NCBI GenBank assembly: GCA_017468055.1
Contig: JAFUJU010000047.1
Location: 21,030-85,029 of the forward strand
Direction of reading: 5' to 3'
Length of the DNA: 64,000 bases
DNA from: Elusimicrobiaceae bacterium
GTDB taxonomy: Bacteria > Elusimicrobiota > Elusimicrobia > Elusimicrobiales > Elusimicrobiaceae
Below are positions 1 to 12,805 of the stretch, in pieces. The position numbers and the translations under genes were made by a program. Positions within the stretch are counted from its first letter, which is position 1; every line of letters starts with the position of its first letter. The notes under the pieces are model-generated. The model made no database searches. It saw nothing but the letters and a program-made list of their open reading frames with translations, and was not told the origin of the DNA.

Positions 1-1119
1 GACTTTGGAGCCTTCTCCGATGACGGAATTTTTAATTTCGCAAAAATTGCCTACTTTCGCTTTTTTCTTCAAGGTAGATTTCGGGCGCAAATGTGCATAA
101 GGGCCAACCTCACAGTTATCCTCAATCACACTGTTTTCAATATAGCTGCCCATTTTGATAAATACATTGTCGCCGATAACGGAATCCGTGATAAACACGC
201 TTCCGTCCAAACGGCAGTTTTTGCCGATAACTGTTTTTCCTTTAATATAACAACCGGGGCAAATAATTGTGTCTTCGCCTACTTGCACTTCTTCATCAAT
301 ATACACTTCTTTCGGGCGTACCAAACGAACCCCGTTATCCATTAATTTGTCAGCAATACGCGCACGCATCAAATCTTCCGCTAAGGCCAGCTCTTGGCGG
401 CTGTTCACTCCCAATGCTTGTTGGTAATCTACCGTATTAAACACCAAGACGGGCTTTTTGAAATCTTTGATAAAAGCCAACGTATCGGTTAAATAAAATT
501 CTTGTTTCGGCCCTTGCGGTTTAAGTAAAGCCAAAGCGGTTACTAAATCTTGGGCATTAAATACATACATGCCGCCGTTGACTTCAGCAACTTTTTTGAT
601 TTTTTCGTCTGCATCATTTTCTTCTATAATGCAATCAAAAGTGCCGTCTTTTTCACGTAAAATGCGCCCGTAACCCGTCGGATTCGGCACCGTCACACCC
701 AACACCATAGCACCCGCTTTTTCCGTTTCGGAAATATCGTGCATTTGTTGCAATGTTTCGGGGCGGATCATGGGGGCATCCCCATTTAAAACCATAACGG
801 TTTCAAATTTATTTAACAAAGGCAAAGCAGCACGTACCGCACCGCCGGAACCGTTAAGTTCTTTTTGTTCCGCAAAAACAACCGGAGCCGTAATTCCCCA
901 CGTCTGTAAATTTTCGGTAATGGTTTGCATCAGCAGTTGCGCCTCATGTCCGACAACAACACAAATCGCACCCGGATTTAAACTCTGGGCAGCACGCAAA
1001 CTGTGCGCAATCATGGGAATCCCACACACGCGGTGCAGGGGTTTAGGAAGGGAGGACTTCATTCTGGTGCCTTTACCGGCGGCCAAAATAAGTACACAAA
1101 GATTTTTTTGGGCTACCAT
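1..1119 (-). CDS. glmU: Bifunctional UDP-GlcNAc pyrophosphorylase/glucosamine-1-P acetyltransferase (3' end runs off the window)
   Basis: Manual translation from the CAT at 1117-1119 gives MVAQKNLCVLILAAGKGTRMKSSLPKPLH (LAAGxGTRM motif), later GVNSRQELA and hexapeptide repeats. Missing from the ORF track because it is truncated by the edge. Confidence 0.93.
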   Translation of the reverse strand, partial: MVAQKNLCVLILAAGKGTRMKSSLPKPLHRVCGIPMIAHSLRAAQSLNPGAICVVVGHEAQLLMQTITENLQTWGITAPVVFAEQKELNGSGGAVRAALPLLNKFETVMVLNGDAPMIRPETLQQMHDISETEKAGAMVLGVTVPNPTGYGRILREKDGTFDCIIEENDADEKIKKVAEVNGGMYVFNAQDLVTALALLKPQGPKQEFYLTDTLAFIKDFKKPVLVFNTVDYQQALGVNSRQELALAEDLMRARIADKLMDNGVRLVRPKEVYIDEEVQVGEDTIICPGCYIKGKTVIGKNCRLDGSVFITDSVIGDNVFIKMGSYIENSVIEDNCEVGPYAHLRPKSTLKKKAKVGNFCEIKNSVIGEGSKV

Positions 1120-1287
1120 TTTGTTTAACTCTTGCCTAAAAAGATCTAATTTGTCTCAAACAAATTATTATAAATATTATACCAAATACCGAGCGCTCTG
1201 TGCGCTAGGTTTGGCATAATGCCTGCTCTAGGCCCAAGCATTACATACATTTTACTAATTTTAGAGCCAAAATTAGCTTTTATCAAT

Positions 1288-1788
1288 TTAACAACAACCG
1301 CAGGTTCCCTCATCTTCTATATTTAGAACTTTTAAAACATCAAAAGGAGCTTCCGCCGAGCCACAATCATCTCCAGTGCTTCCGGAAAAATGCCCGTCTT
1401 CATGGATACATACACAAACGTCATATTTTTTATATTGTGCTTGCGCCATGATTTTTCCCTCATCAGTAGAAACTCCGTTTCCAAACAGAAAAGTAAAAAA
1501 CTTTGTATCTCTGGCATAAGGCGTATTTTGTATAGGGGATCCAATTTCTATATCTAGGTTTTCTGGTAGATTACATATGTTTCCCTGTCTGCCCAAATCC
1601 TCTACACTTTCCCCTGTGCTTAACATGCACACTTTTTCGGCATCGGCAATGGCTTTCAAACCGACAAAAGCTTGGGCAAAATGGCTTTTGGTAACCGCTT
1701 TTTGATATTGAGGCAAAGCCACGGCAGATAAAATACCGATAATTAAAACAACTACTAATAACTCAATCAGCGTAAAACCTTGTTTCAT
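1288..1788 (-). CDS. Type IV pilin-like protein (PilE-like, N-terminal methylation motif), Cys-rich variable C-terminus
   Basis: MKQG/FTLIELLVVVLIIGILSAVALPQY prepilin motif. An AGGAGA RBS precedes the ATG at 1788, so the ORF-track start at 1851 is too long. Confidence 0.92.
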   Translation of the reverse strand: MKQGFTLIELLVVVLIIGILSAVALPQYQKAVTKSHFAQAFVGLKAIADAEKVCMLSTGESVEDLGRQGNICNLPENLDIEIGSPIQNTPYARDTKFFTFLFGNGVSTDEGKIMAQAQYKKYDVCVCIHEDGHFSGSTGDDCGSAEAPFDVLKVLNIEDEGTCGCC

Positions 1789-1828
1789 AATACATTCTCC
1801 TTTTTCTGCTACATTTTCCTTCCGGAAA

Positions 1829-1856
1829 ATTGTAGCAAAAAAAAAAAACAAGTCAA
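1829..1856 (-). promoter_or_regulatory. Poly-T spacer sigma70-type promoter, copy 1 (T12, 16-bp spacer)
   Basis: Minus strand TTGACT-TG-T12-GC-TACAAT, about 40 nt upstream of the pilin ATG. The same motif occurs at 29720, 50282 and 54985. Confidence 0.85.
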
Positions 1857-1970
1857 GCCCTGTAACACTTTTTCCAACTAATGTGATTTTCTACTGGAAA
1901 AAATTACAAATAATCATTAGAATATTTATATAACTTTCTCTATAAAATTTTTAAGTCATAAGGAGCGATT

Positions 1971-2600
1971 ATGGAAGACATCATTGTAAAAGTCTTGCTC
2001 TCTTTAGTCTTGGGCGGAGTAATGGGTTTGGAGCGTCAGTATAATGACAAACCGGCCGGTTACGCCACCAATTCCATCATCTGTGTTGGGGCAGCCCTCT
2101 TCACCATTCTTTCTTTGAAAATGGGGGAAATGGGCGGAGACCCCGGCCGTATTGCGGCTCAAATCGTATCCGGTGTAGGCTTTCTGGGTGCGGGTGCGAT
2201 TTTGCGCGAAGGAAACAAAGTATCCGGCTTAACCACCGCAGCGGCGGTGTGGTTGGTGGCCGCTATCGGTATGGCGGTAGGATACGGGCAATATGTCTTG
2301 GCGTCCGGTGCCTGTGCCTTGATTCTTTTGATGCAATTAGGTGTACGCCGCACCTTGGGCTTAGTGGAAAAACTACGCCGCTATGACACTTTTTTTCTTA
2401 CCTGCCAACCCCAATGGAGCGTAATTGACAAAGTACGCCAAACTATTGAGAGACAAAATGTACAAATCTTAAAACAAGAAGTATCCAAACATGATGGACA
2501 CTTTAACGTTACGATTGTAGGTACTTTCACCGGTCATGAATTTCAAAAATTAACCAAAGAACTGCTGGAAATGCCCGAAGTATATAGTTTGTACAAATAA
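1971..2600 (+). CDS. MgtC/SapB family membrane protein
   Basis: GLERQ...DPGRIAAQIVSGVGFLGAGAI...GLTTAA signature and an ACT-like C-terminus. Confidence 0.9.
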   Translation: MEDIIVKVLLSLVLGGVMGLERQYNDKPAGYATNSIICVGAALFTILSLKMGEMGGDPGRIAAQIVSGVGFLGAGAILREGNKVSGLTTAAAVWLVAAIGMAVGYGQYVLASGACALILLMQLGVRRTLGLVEKLRRYDTFFLTCQPQWSVIDKVRQTIERQNVQILKQEVSKHDGHFNVTIVGTFTGHEFQKLTKELLEMPEVYSLYK

Positions 2601-2614
2601 CAGGAAATCTTTTT

Positions 2615-3736
2615 ATGTCACAGCCACCTATTGCTTTTTTTGACATTCAACGTCAGCATGATTCGTTGCGCACGGAGTTGAATGCCGCTGCTTTAGATGC
2701 ATTAAATTCCATGCAGTGGCTTTTGGGGCCGCAAACGGAAAAGTTTGAAAAGGATTTTGCCGCCCTGCTTGGGGTCAAGCATTGTATTTCTTGTTCGTCC
2801 GGAGCCAGCGCTATCCAACTGGCATTAATGGCGGCCGGTATCGGTCCGAATGATGAAGTGATTACTTCTCCTTTTACATTCATTGCCACCACTTCTTCTA
2901 TTACGTTGACCGGGGCCAAATTCGTTTTTGCAGATATAGAGCCGGACACATGTGCTCTTTCCGTCCAATCTATCGAACAAAAAATTACTGCCAAAACAAA
3001 GGCTATTTTGCCGGTGCATCTATACGGATATCCGGCCAATATGCCTGCCATCAAGGCCTTGGCTGAAAAATATCATCTTACGGTCATAGAAGATTGCGCA
3101 CAATCTCTTTTAGCTTCTGTTCAAGGGACAAAAACAGGAGGGCTCGGCCATGCCGGAGCTTTTAGTTTTTACCCCAGCAAAAATTTAGGCGCCTGCGGAG
3201 ATGCAGGGGCTATTACTACCAACGACGATATCTTGGCGCAGCGTTGCCGCAGTTTGCGCCATGGTGGACGAAACCAAGAAAGAGAATATGAACACACCTT
3301 GGAAGGTTCTACTTTGCGCATGGATGAGGTACAGGCTGCTATTTTACGCGTAAAATTAAAACATTTGCCGGAATGGACAAAAGCCCGTCAACAAATTGCC
3401 GCTTTATATGCAGAAAGGCTGCAAGGCTTGCCTCTTGCCCTGCCTCCTGCTTCTACGGCAGATTATACGCATGCGTATTGTGTATATACCATTCAAGCAT
3501 CTCAAAGAGATTTGCTCAAACAGTACTTAAAAGAAAACGGCATTGCCTCAGCCATTTATTATCCGGTTCCGCTATACCGCCAACCGGCCTATCAACATTT
3601 AGGATTTGAAGCAAAAGATTTTCCGGTTACGGAAAAAGTGTGCCAAAAGGTCCTTTCTTTGCCCATGTTTCCGGAATTAACCCGCCAAGAAGTTTTCCGC
3701 ATTTGCGATACAGTACGCGCTTTTTACAAAAAATAA
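2615..3736 (+). CDS. DegT/DnrJ/EryC1/StrS family PLP-dependent sugar aminotransferase
   Basis: IEDCAQS and FSFYPSKNLGACGDAG (PLP lysine) motifs. Confidence 0.92.
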   Translation: MSQPPIAFFDIQRQHDSLRTELNAAALDALNSMQWLLGPQTEKFEKDFAALLGVKHCISCSSGASAIQLALMAAGIGPNDEVITSPFTFIATTSSITLTGAKFVFADIEPDTCALSVQSIEQKITAKTKAILPVHLYGYPANMPAIKALAEKYHLTVIEDCAQSLLASVQGTKTGGLGHAGAFSFYPSKNLGACGDAGAITTNDDILAQRCRSLRHGGRNQEREYEHTLEGSTLRMDEVQAAILRVKLKHLPEWTKARQQIAALYAERLQGLPLALPPASTADYTHAYCVYTIQASQRDLLKQYLKENGIASAIYYPVPLYRQPAYQHLGFEAKDFPVTEKVCQKVLSLPMFPELTRQEVFRICDTVRAFYKK

Positions 3737-3762
3737 ACACTCCCTAAGGAGTGTTTATTTTT
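3729..3762. terminator. Bidirectional intrinsic terminator
   Basis: AAAAATAAACACTCC-ctaa-GGAGTGTTTATTTTT between convergent genes. Confidence 0.8.
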
Positions 3763-3776
3763 GTTTTACAAGCAAA

Positions 3777-4190
3777 TTAACTTAAATGCCGTTTTTTCAC
3801 TTTCATGCGGGTAAGGGCTTGTTTGATTTCTATTTCTGCCAGTTCAAAATCAATATCCGCATCTTTTCTGGATAAAGATTCTTTGGCTTTTTTGATTTTT
3901 TGCTTTTCTTCTTCTTCGTTTATTTCTCCGGCAAGTCCTGCACTTTCCGCAAAAACATTTACACTTTGGTGTAAAATTTCCGCAAAACCGCCCAAAACGG
4001 CAAACTCTTCTTCTTGGCCGTTTTGTTTATAACGAAGAGAGCCAAACCCCAGTTGCACCATCATGGGAATATGCCCCGGCAAAACACCCAATTCCCCTTT
4101 AAAAGCAGGCAAGACCACACTCTCTACTTCCAGATCTTTGAGTAGCTGCTTTTGCGGAGTAATTAAGTTCAATTTTAACGTTTTAGGCAT
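3777..4190 (-). CDS. atpC: ATP synthase F1 epsilon subunit
   Basis: GELGVLPGHIP motif, last gene of the atp operon. Confidence 0.95.
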   Translation of the reverse strand: MPKTLKLNLITPQKQLLKDLEVESVVLPAFKGELGVLPGHIPMMVQLGFGSLRYKQNGQEEEFAVLGGFAEILHQSVNVFAESAGLAGEINEEEEKQKIKKAKESLSRKDADIDFELAEIEIKQALTRMKVKKRHLS

Positions 4191-4192
4191 AA

Positions 4193-6542
<2,350 letters not shown>

Positions 6543-6551
6543 AAAAATTCC

Positions 6552-7481
6552 TTATTTATTTTTTCCTTCCAAAATGCTCACATAATCGGCAATAGCCGTT
6601 TCCAACGTATAATCCGGCGTATAACCTGTTTTTTCTTTGGCTAAGCTCATGTCCGCTTCGGTCTTGTTTTGGAAGAACGGATACGGATTGTCTATATAAT
6701 CCGGCTCTAAATTTGTGCCTAATTCATGATTTAAGCAGTTGATAATATCGTTATAGCTGCGAGCAATGCCGGTGGCGGCATTTAATACACAAGTCTCTTT
6801 GCCGTTTTGCAAAGCGCATAAATTGGCTTTTACGATATCTTTTACATACACAAAATCACGCAATTGTTCGCCGTGTTTGAACACGCGGGGCCGTTGGCCG
6901 GCTTTCATCTGTTTATAAAGCTGATAGACCATGCTAGCCATTTTGCCTTTATATTCTTCACCGGGGCCGAAGACGTTAAAATAACGCAAACCGATGATTT
7001 TCATGTCTTGATGTTTTTGGGAAAATTTACGAGCCAAATTATCGTCAATTACTTTGGAAAAACCATATACGTTTTCCGGTTGGGTAGGCTGCGTCTCTTT
7101 CATCGGCACAGCCCCGTTACCGTAAGTGGCCGCAGAAGAAGCGTAAATCACTTTCGGGATTTCGTTTTCCGCAGCATAATTAAGTAAATTGCGGAAAGCT
7201 TCCACGTTTTGTTCCATCATTTGCTTTTGATCCATGACGGTGGTATCCGTAATGGCCGCTTCGTGAAAAATAGCATCAAAATATTCGTTTTCCGGCAAAT
7301 ATTCAAATAGGTCCGCAGCAATCACATCGCCTTTAAAACCGATTAAGTTTTTGAAATGTCCATTTTTTGTAAAGTCATCAACCACCGTTACGTCATGTCC
7401 TTGAGCTTCCAATGTTTTGGCAATGTTGCTCCCTACAAAACCAGCTCCGCCGGTTACTAAATATTTTTTCTTACTTTCCAT
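6552..7481 (-). CDS. rfaD: ADP-L-glycero-D-manno-heptose 6-epimerase (extended SDR)
   Basis: VTGGAGFVGSN, YASSAATYG, YGFSK, LRYFNVFGPGEEYKGKMASMV and TEADM motifs typical of GmhD/RfaD. Confidence 0.85.
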   Translation of the reverse strand: MESKKKYLVTGGAGFVGSNIAKTLEAQGHDVTVVDDFTKNGHFKNLIGFKGDVIAADLFEYLPENEYFDAIFHEAAITDTTVMDQKQMMEQNVEAFRNLLNYAAENEIPKVIYASSAATYGNGAVPMKETQPTQPENVYGFSKVIDDNLARKFSQKHQDMKIIGLRYFNVFGPGEEYKGKMASMVYQLYKQMKAGQRPRVFKHGEQLRDFVYVKDIVKANLCALQNGKETCVLNAATGIARSYNDIINCLNHELGTNLEPDYIDNPYPFFQNKTEADMSLAKEKTGYTPDYTLETAIADYVSILEGKNK

Positions 7482-7489
7482 AAAATCTC

Positions 7490-9016
7490 CTATTTTTCAC
7501 TCTTAAAAACGTTTTTAAATTCCGTCAAGGCCGCCTCTATTTTTTCTTTCAAATCGTCTGTCAGTTCGGTTGCCTGATCCAACTCTTCAGTCAGTTCTTT
7601 TTTGGCAACAGCGGCCCAAGATAAGAGTTGTTTTTCATATTCGCGTACTTGATGCACTTCCACTTCGTCCGTGTATCCGTTGACTCCGGCATATAAAGCC
7701 AAGACTTCCTGCCATAAACGCATGGGTTGGTATTGGTCTTGTTTTAAAAGCTCGCTCATACGTTTGCCGCGGGCAATTTGACGTTGGGATTCTTTATCCA
7801 GCTCAGAGCCGAACTGGGCAAAACCCTCCAATTCTTGGTATTGGGACATATCCACACGCAACGTACCTGCCACTTTGCGCATGGTCTTGCGCTGGGCAGA
7901 ACCGCCTACGCGAGATACGGAAAGACCCACGTTGATAGCCGGCTTTACACCGCTTAAGAACAAACTGCTTTCCAAATAAATCTGTCCGTCCGTAATAGAA
8001 ATAACGTTCGTCGGAATATAAGCGGAAACGTCGTTCGCTTGCGTTTCAATAATCGGCAAAGCCGTCAAAGAACCGCCGCCGTTTTCTTTGGAAAGTTTAC
8101 ACGCACGTTCCAATAAACGGGAGTGCAAGTAAAACACGTCGCCCGGATAAGCCTCACGGCCGGGAGGACGGCGCAACAACAAAGACATCTGACGGTATGC
8201 CTGTGCATGTTTGGATAAATCATCATACACAATCAAAACGTCTTTGCCCTTCCACATAAAATATTCCCCGATAGCACATCCGGCATACGGAGCAATATAA
8301 AGCATAGAGGCCGGATCAGCTGCTGTGGCGGCTACCACGGTGGTGTATTCCATGGCACCAAAATCCGTCAATGTTTGCACCACTTGGGCAACGGTGCTGT
8401 TTTTCTGCCCAATAGCAACATAAATACAAAGACAACGTTGTTCTTCCGGTAAATTCTTTTGGTTAATAATAGCATCAATGGCAATGGCGGTTTTACCTGT
8501 TTGACGGTCCCCGATAATCAGCTCGCGCTGTCCCTTACCGATAGGGACCAACGCATCAATGGCTTTTAATCCGGTTTGCAAAGGCTGTTTCACGGGTTGT
8601 CTTTCTACAATGCCGGGAGCCACAATATCCATAGGCATTTCTTTATCGGCTTGGATTTCTCCTTTACCGTCTAACGGCCGCCCTAACGGATCTACCACGC
8701 GGCCGATAATGCCCTCCCCTACCGGGATATTGATTACCTCGCCCGTGCGTTTAACGGTGCCGCCTTCCTGCACCAGTTCATCAGCCCCCATCAACACACA
8801 GCCTACATTGTCATATTCCAAGTTCATCGCCATGCCTTTGACTCCGTTTCCAAAGTCCACCAGTTCGGAGGCTTTCACTTGGTTTAAGCCGTACACGCGG
8901 GCAATACCGTCACCTACTTGTATTACGGTACCCACTTCGTTTAAGTCTGCTTTTGTTTCAAACTTTTCAATTTTTTCTTTGATAATATTGGTTATTTCTT
9001 CGGGTCTTATTGCCAT
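7490..9016 (-). CDS. atpA: ATP synthase F1 alpha subunit
   Basis: GDRQTGKT and [21 protein letters not shown] motifs. Confidence 0.98.
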   Translation of the reverse strand: MAIRPEEITNIIKEKIEKFETKADLNEVGTVIQVGDGIARVYGLNQVKASELVDFGNGVKGMAMNLEYDNVGCVLMGADELVQEGGTVKRTGEVINIPVGEGIIGRVVDPLGRPLDGKGEIQADKEMPMDIVAPGIVERQPVKQPLQTGLKAIDALVPIGKGQRELIIGDRQTGKTAIAIDAIINQKNLPEEQRCLCIYVAIGQKNSTVAQVVQTLTDFGAMEYTTVVAATAADPASMLYIAPYAGCAIGEYFMWKGKDVLIVYDDLSKHAQAYRQMSLLLRRPPGREAYPGDVFYLHSRLLERACKLSKENGGGSLTALPIIETQANDVSAYIPTNVISITDGQIYLESSLFLSGVKPAINVGLSVSRVGGSAQRKTMRKVAGTLRVDMSQYQELEGFAQFGSELDKESQRQIARGKRMSELLKQDQYQPMRLWQEVLALYAGVNGYTDEVEVHQVREYEKQLLSWAAVAKKELTEELDQATELTDDLKEKIEAALTEFKNVFKSEK

Positions 9017-9027
9017 ATTTGCACCGT

Positions 9028-9555
9028 TTATTTGGTTAATTCTTCCCGTAATTTTTCAAATCTTCTTTTAAGCGTTCCATCTATTAACACATCGCCCACT
9101 TGCGCACAGATTCCGCCCAACAGGGCAGGATCCGTTTCATATTGCACGCGGGCTGTTTTACCCGTAAACGTACTTAATGCCTCTGCCACCCTTTGCTTTT
9201 GTTCTTCATTCAAGGAAAAGGCTGTTTTTACTTTTGCCCGTACAATTCCCAAACGTTCATCTAATAAAGCACCTACTTGCGTAACGCATTCTTCCAACAA
9301 ATAATATCTTTTGGCTTCCAACAGTATACCGATAAAGGAGGATACTATTTTTTCTTCCTGCAAGATTTGCCGGATAAAAGCTATTTTTTTAGAAGAAGAA
9401 ACAGCCGGATCTTCCATAAAACAATGCGCCTGTTTTAATAATTCCGCAGCCAAGCGCAAGGATTCAAAGTGCGCTTGGGCTTCTTCCGCACTGTTACTAA
9501 TCCCGTCAAACGCACGGGCATATCTTTGGGCTAAAATCCGGTCTGTACTCTTCAT
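9028..9555 (-). CDS. atpH: ATP synthase delta subunit
   Basis: AQRYARA N-terminus, DPALLGG...DGT C-terminus, operon position. Confidence 0.9.
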   Translation of the reverse strand: MKSTDRILAQRYARAFDGISNSAEEAQAHFESLRLAAELLKQAHCFMEDPAVSSSKKIAFIRQILQEEKIVSSFIGILLEAKRYYLLEECVTQVGALLDERLGIVRAKVKTAFSLNEEQKQRVAEALSTFTGKTARVQYETDPALLGGICAQVGDVLIDGTLKRRFEKLREELTK

Positions 9556-9558
9556 AAA

Positions 9559-10068
9559 TTAATGCGTTTTTACTCCGGCTTGTTTTACTTCACGCAAAAC
9601 TTCATCTACCGCAGAAGCAGCCGTTTCTTGGGTAATTTGCTGTTGGGTTATTTTAACAGCCGCCAGCAAAGCCATACTGACTACTTGTTCGCGCACATCA
9701 GCTAAGGCTTTTGTTTTTTCAGCAGCAATTTGTTCTTTGGCTTGGGCAAGCAACTGCTCTGCTTGCTTTTGTGTTTCAGCCAAAATCTGCTCTTTTTGGG
9801 CATTTCCTACAGCCACCGCTTCTTGCATTTTTAAGGCGGCCTCGTTGGAAATTTCCTTCAGTTTGGCATCTAATTCTGCCTTTATGTTCTGCGCTTCTTG
9901 GCGGGCCAAGGCAGCAGTCTCTTTGTCTTGGGCAATTTGTTGCTCTCTTTTTTCAAGAGCACCGATAATGCTCTTCCACGCAAATTTGTGCAAGAGCCAC
10001 ACCAAGAGCAAAAAGTTGACAATCGTCAATGCCATAACCCCGAAATCGGGATTTAATAAATTTTCCAT
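9559..10068 (-). CDS. atpF: ATP synthase Fo b subunit
   Basis: N-terminal TM (NFLLLVWLLHKFAW) followed by a coiled coil. Confidence 0.93.
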   Translation of the reverse strand: MENLLNPDFGVMALTIVNFLLLVWLLHKFAWKSIIGALEKREQQIAQDKETAALARQEAQNIKAELDAKLKEISNEAALKMQEAVAVGNAQKEQILAETQKQAEQLLAQAKEQIAAEKTKALADVREQVVSMALLAAVKITQQQITQETAASAVDEVLREVKQAGVKTH

Positions 10069-10093
10069 ATTTCCTCTTTAGTGGAAAAAGAAA

Positions 10094-10321
10094 TTACATA
10101 ACCATCGTCAGCAAGCAGATAACCAAGCCCAACATGGCAGCACCTTCTAACAAGGCGGCAATGATGATCATGGTCGTGCGGATAGCATTGGCAGCTTCCG
10201 GTTGGCGGGCGGTGCCTTCCAAAGCGGCATTACCAATTTTTCCCAAGCCTAAAGCGGCTCCGATAACCGTCAAGGCAGCGCCAATACCGGCAGCGACGAA
10301 TTTAATTGCGGCGAGTTCCAT
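10094..10321 (-). CDS. atpE: ATP synthase Fo c subunit
   Basis: GxGxG hairpin, ARQPE loop, conserved Glu in LLEG. Confidence 0.96.
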   Translation of the reverse strand: MELAAIKFVAAGIGAALTVIGAALGLGKIGNAALEGTARQPEAANAIRTTMIIIAALLEGAAMLGLVICLLTMVM

Positions 10322-10365
10322 TTTTTTTCTCCTTTTGCGGGCGTGTTAACCCGCTTTATTAAAAA

Positions 10366-11127
10366 TTAATGCGAATGAACAACCAATCCTACATAAATAG
10401 ACGTCAGCAAGGAAAATACATACGCTTGCAAAAACGCTACCAACAACTCTAAAAACGTCATAAAAATTTCCAGCCCCATGGCGGGGAAAGCCGCCCCCAC
10501 ACCGGCCATTTTACTCATTTGGCCAATGATAAAAATAATCAGAAGTAAACTCAACAAAACCATATGCCCCGAAAGCATATTGGCAAACAAACGAATGGCC
10601 AAAACGCACACGCGGATAATCAAACTGATTACTTCCAGCGGAAACATGAGCGGCACCAGCCACCACGGTGTTCCGCCGGGAATAAAACTTTTAATAAAAC
10701 CCCATAACCCATGCGTTTTAATACCGGCATATACAATAAGTCCGCCGGAGCATAATGCCAAGCCACCCGTAACAGAGATATTGGATGTAATGGTTTTCAT
10801 CTGTGGAATTAGGCCGGCTAAGTTAGAAAAAAGAATAAACAAAAATAATGTACAAAAATAAGGAAGAAAAGCGATTCCTTCTTTACCAATCCCCGGAACT
10901 ACAATCCCGTCGCGCATGAACGCAACGTACTCTTCCCCAACGGTATTTAATAAGCGAGATAAAAGGCTTTTCCCTCTTACGGACAGGAGCACCGCCACCA
11001 CAAACAAAACAATACTGACACCCAGCATCGTCAAAGTATGGGCCGTAATCGGTAAATGAAAAGCACCGATCATAACCCCCAAATCATGATCCAAAATGTG
11101 ATGCGCAATTGTTTCAGATACTTCCAT
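10366..11127 (-). CDS. atpB: ATP synthase Fo a subunit
   Basis: LAIRLFANMLSGH and LQAYVF motifs. Confidence 0.96.
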   Translation of the reverse strand: MEVSETIAHHILDHDLGVMIGAFHLPITAHTLTMLGVSIVLFVVAVLLSVRGKSLLSRLLNTVGEEYVAFMRDGIVVPGIGKEGIAFLPYFCTLFLFILFSNLAGLIPQMKTITSNISVTGGLALCSGGLIVYAGIKTHGLWGFIKSFIPGGTPWWLVPLMFPLEVISLIIRVCVLAIRLFANMLSGHMVLLSLLLIIFIIGQMSKMAGVGAAFPAMGLEIFMTFLELLVAFLQAYVFSLLTSIYVGLVVHSH

Positions 11128-11368
11128 TTTTTTTCTTGTCCTCAGTAATTTTTTCTGTCTGGCTTAAACGGTGAGATTCTTTGACAATAATATACAATCC
11201 CAACGCAAAACCACACATAACGCCTGCTATCATCGCCCACGGGAAAGTGCTGTATTTTTTGTCCAACCAAAAACCTACGGCCACCCCCATGCTTACCGCT
11301 ACGGCAAATTCCAAGCCCAAGGTAGTAATAACCACATGATCTTTTGCAGAAAAAGGACCCAAAGCCAT
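11114..11368 (-). CDS. AtpZ/AtpI-family small membrane protein
   Basis: GFWLDKK..TFPW two-TM pattern, first gene of the atp operon. Confidence 0.82.
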   Translation of the reverse strand: MALGPFSAKDHVVITTLGLEFAVAVSMGVAVGFWLDKKYSTFPWAMIAGVMCGFALGLYIIVKESHRLSQTEKITEDKKKNGSI

Positions 11369-11814
11369 AGTCGCCTTTTTATTTACCGTACGGTAAGTTT
11401 ATAATCATATTATAAAAAAATTGATGACAAAAATAAATATTTTTCTGTCTTTTAACATTGTATTAAATCCATATCAATCGGTCACGTTTTTTTATAATTA
11501 TTTTTTCAGGACCTTTTTTCTGTACTTTTTATAAATTTTACGTTTGGGTTTTTTGTAACTTTTTATAAAGATTAAAATTAGACCTAAAAATTAGTTTTCC
11601 TAACTTTTTAATGTTTTTTTGCTGAAAGAATGCGTTTTTAAGTAAAATTTCTCTTTTTTTATTTATTTCCTCGTCGAAGAAAATAAATTTTTAACAAAAA
11701 AGCCCTTTTTAGCAGATTTTTTACAAAAAACATACCAAAGGAAGCAAAAGTGTTAAAAATGTATTTTTAATAGGTTTTAAAGCAAAAGAAACGTTTTTGG
11801 CCTTTTATTCCAAA

Positions 11815-11830
11815 GTTTTCACATGAAAAC
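11815..11830. promoter_or_regulatory. parS-like site (one mismatch)
   Basis: GTTTTCACATGAAAAC just downstream of parB. Confidence 0.65.
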
Positions 11831-11862
11831 TCTTTATTCCGGCACCTAACAAACTTTTTACA

Positions 11863-11898
11863 TAAAAAGACCCGAGTCACAAAACTCGGGTCTTTTTA
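11863..11898 (-). terminator. Intrinsic terminator after parB
   Basis: TAAAAAGACCCGAGT-cacaaa-ACTCGGGTCTTTTTA. Confidence 0.82.
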
Positions 11899-11910
11899 AT
11901 TTCATATTTT

Positions 11911-12801
11911 TTAAAGCAACTTTGTTTTCAATCGGTTGGCTAAATTATCCAATTCTTCCAAAGAATTATATTGAATAATCAAAAGCCCTTTGGACATTTT
12001 TTTTCCATACCGTACTTCTACCTTTGTTCCCAAAGCAGCCTGCAATTCATTTTCAAAAGAAGAAACTTCTGCCGGCTTCGGCAATTTTTCAGCGGCAGGT
12101 TGCAATAAAGCTCTGGCAGCTTCTTCCGCTTGACGGACGGAAATTTTGCTTTTTTTCATACGTTGAAACAAAACTTCTTTTTTGGTAGGATCCAACAGCA
12201 TAAGCAATGCCCGGCCGTGTCCTTCGGAAATAGTGCCGTCTTGCAACGCCTCTTGCATATGTTCCGGCAGCTCTAATAGACGCAAAGAGTTAGAAACGGC
12301 CGCTTTGGATTTGCCGCAGTAACCGGCTAAATCTGTTTGAGAGATTTCAAACTTATTCATTAAATTGCGATATCCCAAGGCCGTTTCAATCGGATTTAAA
12401 TCTTCCCGTTGAATGTTTTCAATTAAAGCTAAGGCACACATTTCTTTATCTGTTAATGCTTTATGTACAATAGCATCAATTTCCGTAAGCCCGGCTAACT
12501 GGCTGGCGCGAAAACGGCGTTCCCCCACTACAATTTCATATTTATCTAAACCGGCATCATATACCACCACAATGGGTTGGGTAAGCCCGTGTTCTTGAAT
12601 AGAATGAGCCAACTCTTGTAATTTGGCTTCATCAAAAATACGGCGGGGTTGATATCGGTTCGGAATTATTTTATCTAAAGGTAATTTTTGAACAGAAGGA
12701 CCTGTCGGATTTTCCGGACGAGGTGCAGTAGGATTATTTAACACCTCCTGCGTTTGTTTGAGCAAGGCATCAAGGCCTTTTCCTAAAGCTTGTCTAGACA
12801 T
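11911..12801 (-). CDS. parB: Chromosome partitioning protein ParB
   Basis: ALGKGL N-terminus, GERRFRA CTPase motif, ENIQREDL, HTH. Confidence 0.96.
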   Translation of the reverse strand: MSRQALGKGLDALLKQTQEVLNNPTAPRPENPTGPSVQKLPLDKIIPNRYQPRRIFDEAKLQELAHSIQEHGLTQPIVVVYDAGLDKYEIVVGERRFRASQLAGLTEIDAIVHKALTDKEMCALALIENIQREDLNPIETALGYRNLMNKFEISQTDLAGYCGKSKAAVSNSLRLLELPEHMQEALQDGTISEGHGRALLMLLDPTKKEVLFQRMKKSKISVRQAEEAARALLQPAAEKLPKPAEVSSFENELQAALGTKVEVRYGKKMSKGLLIIQYNSLEELDNLANRLKTKLL

Positions 12802-12805
12802 TTAA

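Noticed and set aside
1789-1851. ORF-track N-terminal extension MFFFFATIF... reading through the T12 tract, suggesting translational phase variation
   Set aside because: The RBS sits directly before the ATG at 1788, and the equivalent tracts in the other copies are not in frame with their genes. The tract is better explained as a promoter spacer.
10094-10321. Na+-translocating ATP synthase
   Set aside because: The c subunit has LLEGAA and lacks the Q...E-S/T Na+-binding signature, which is consistent with H+ coupling.
11400-11860. Long AT-rich gap upstream of the atp operon as oriC or an ncRNA
   Set aside because: It has no DnaA boxes or stable structure. The box cluster lies between dnaA and dnaN.
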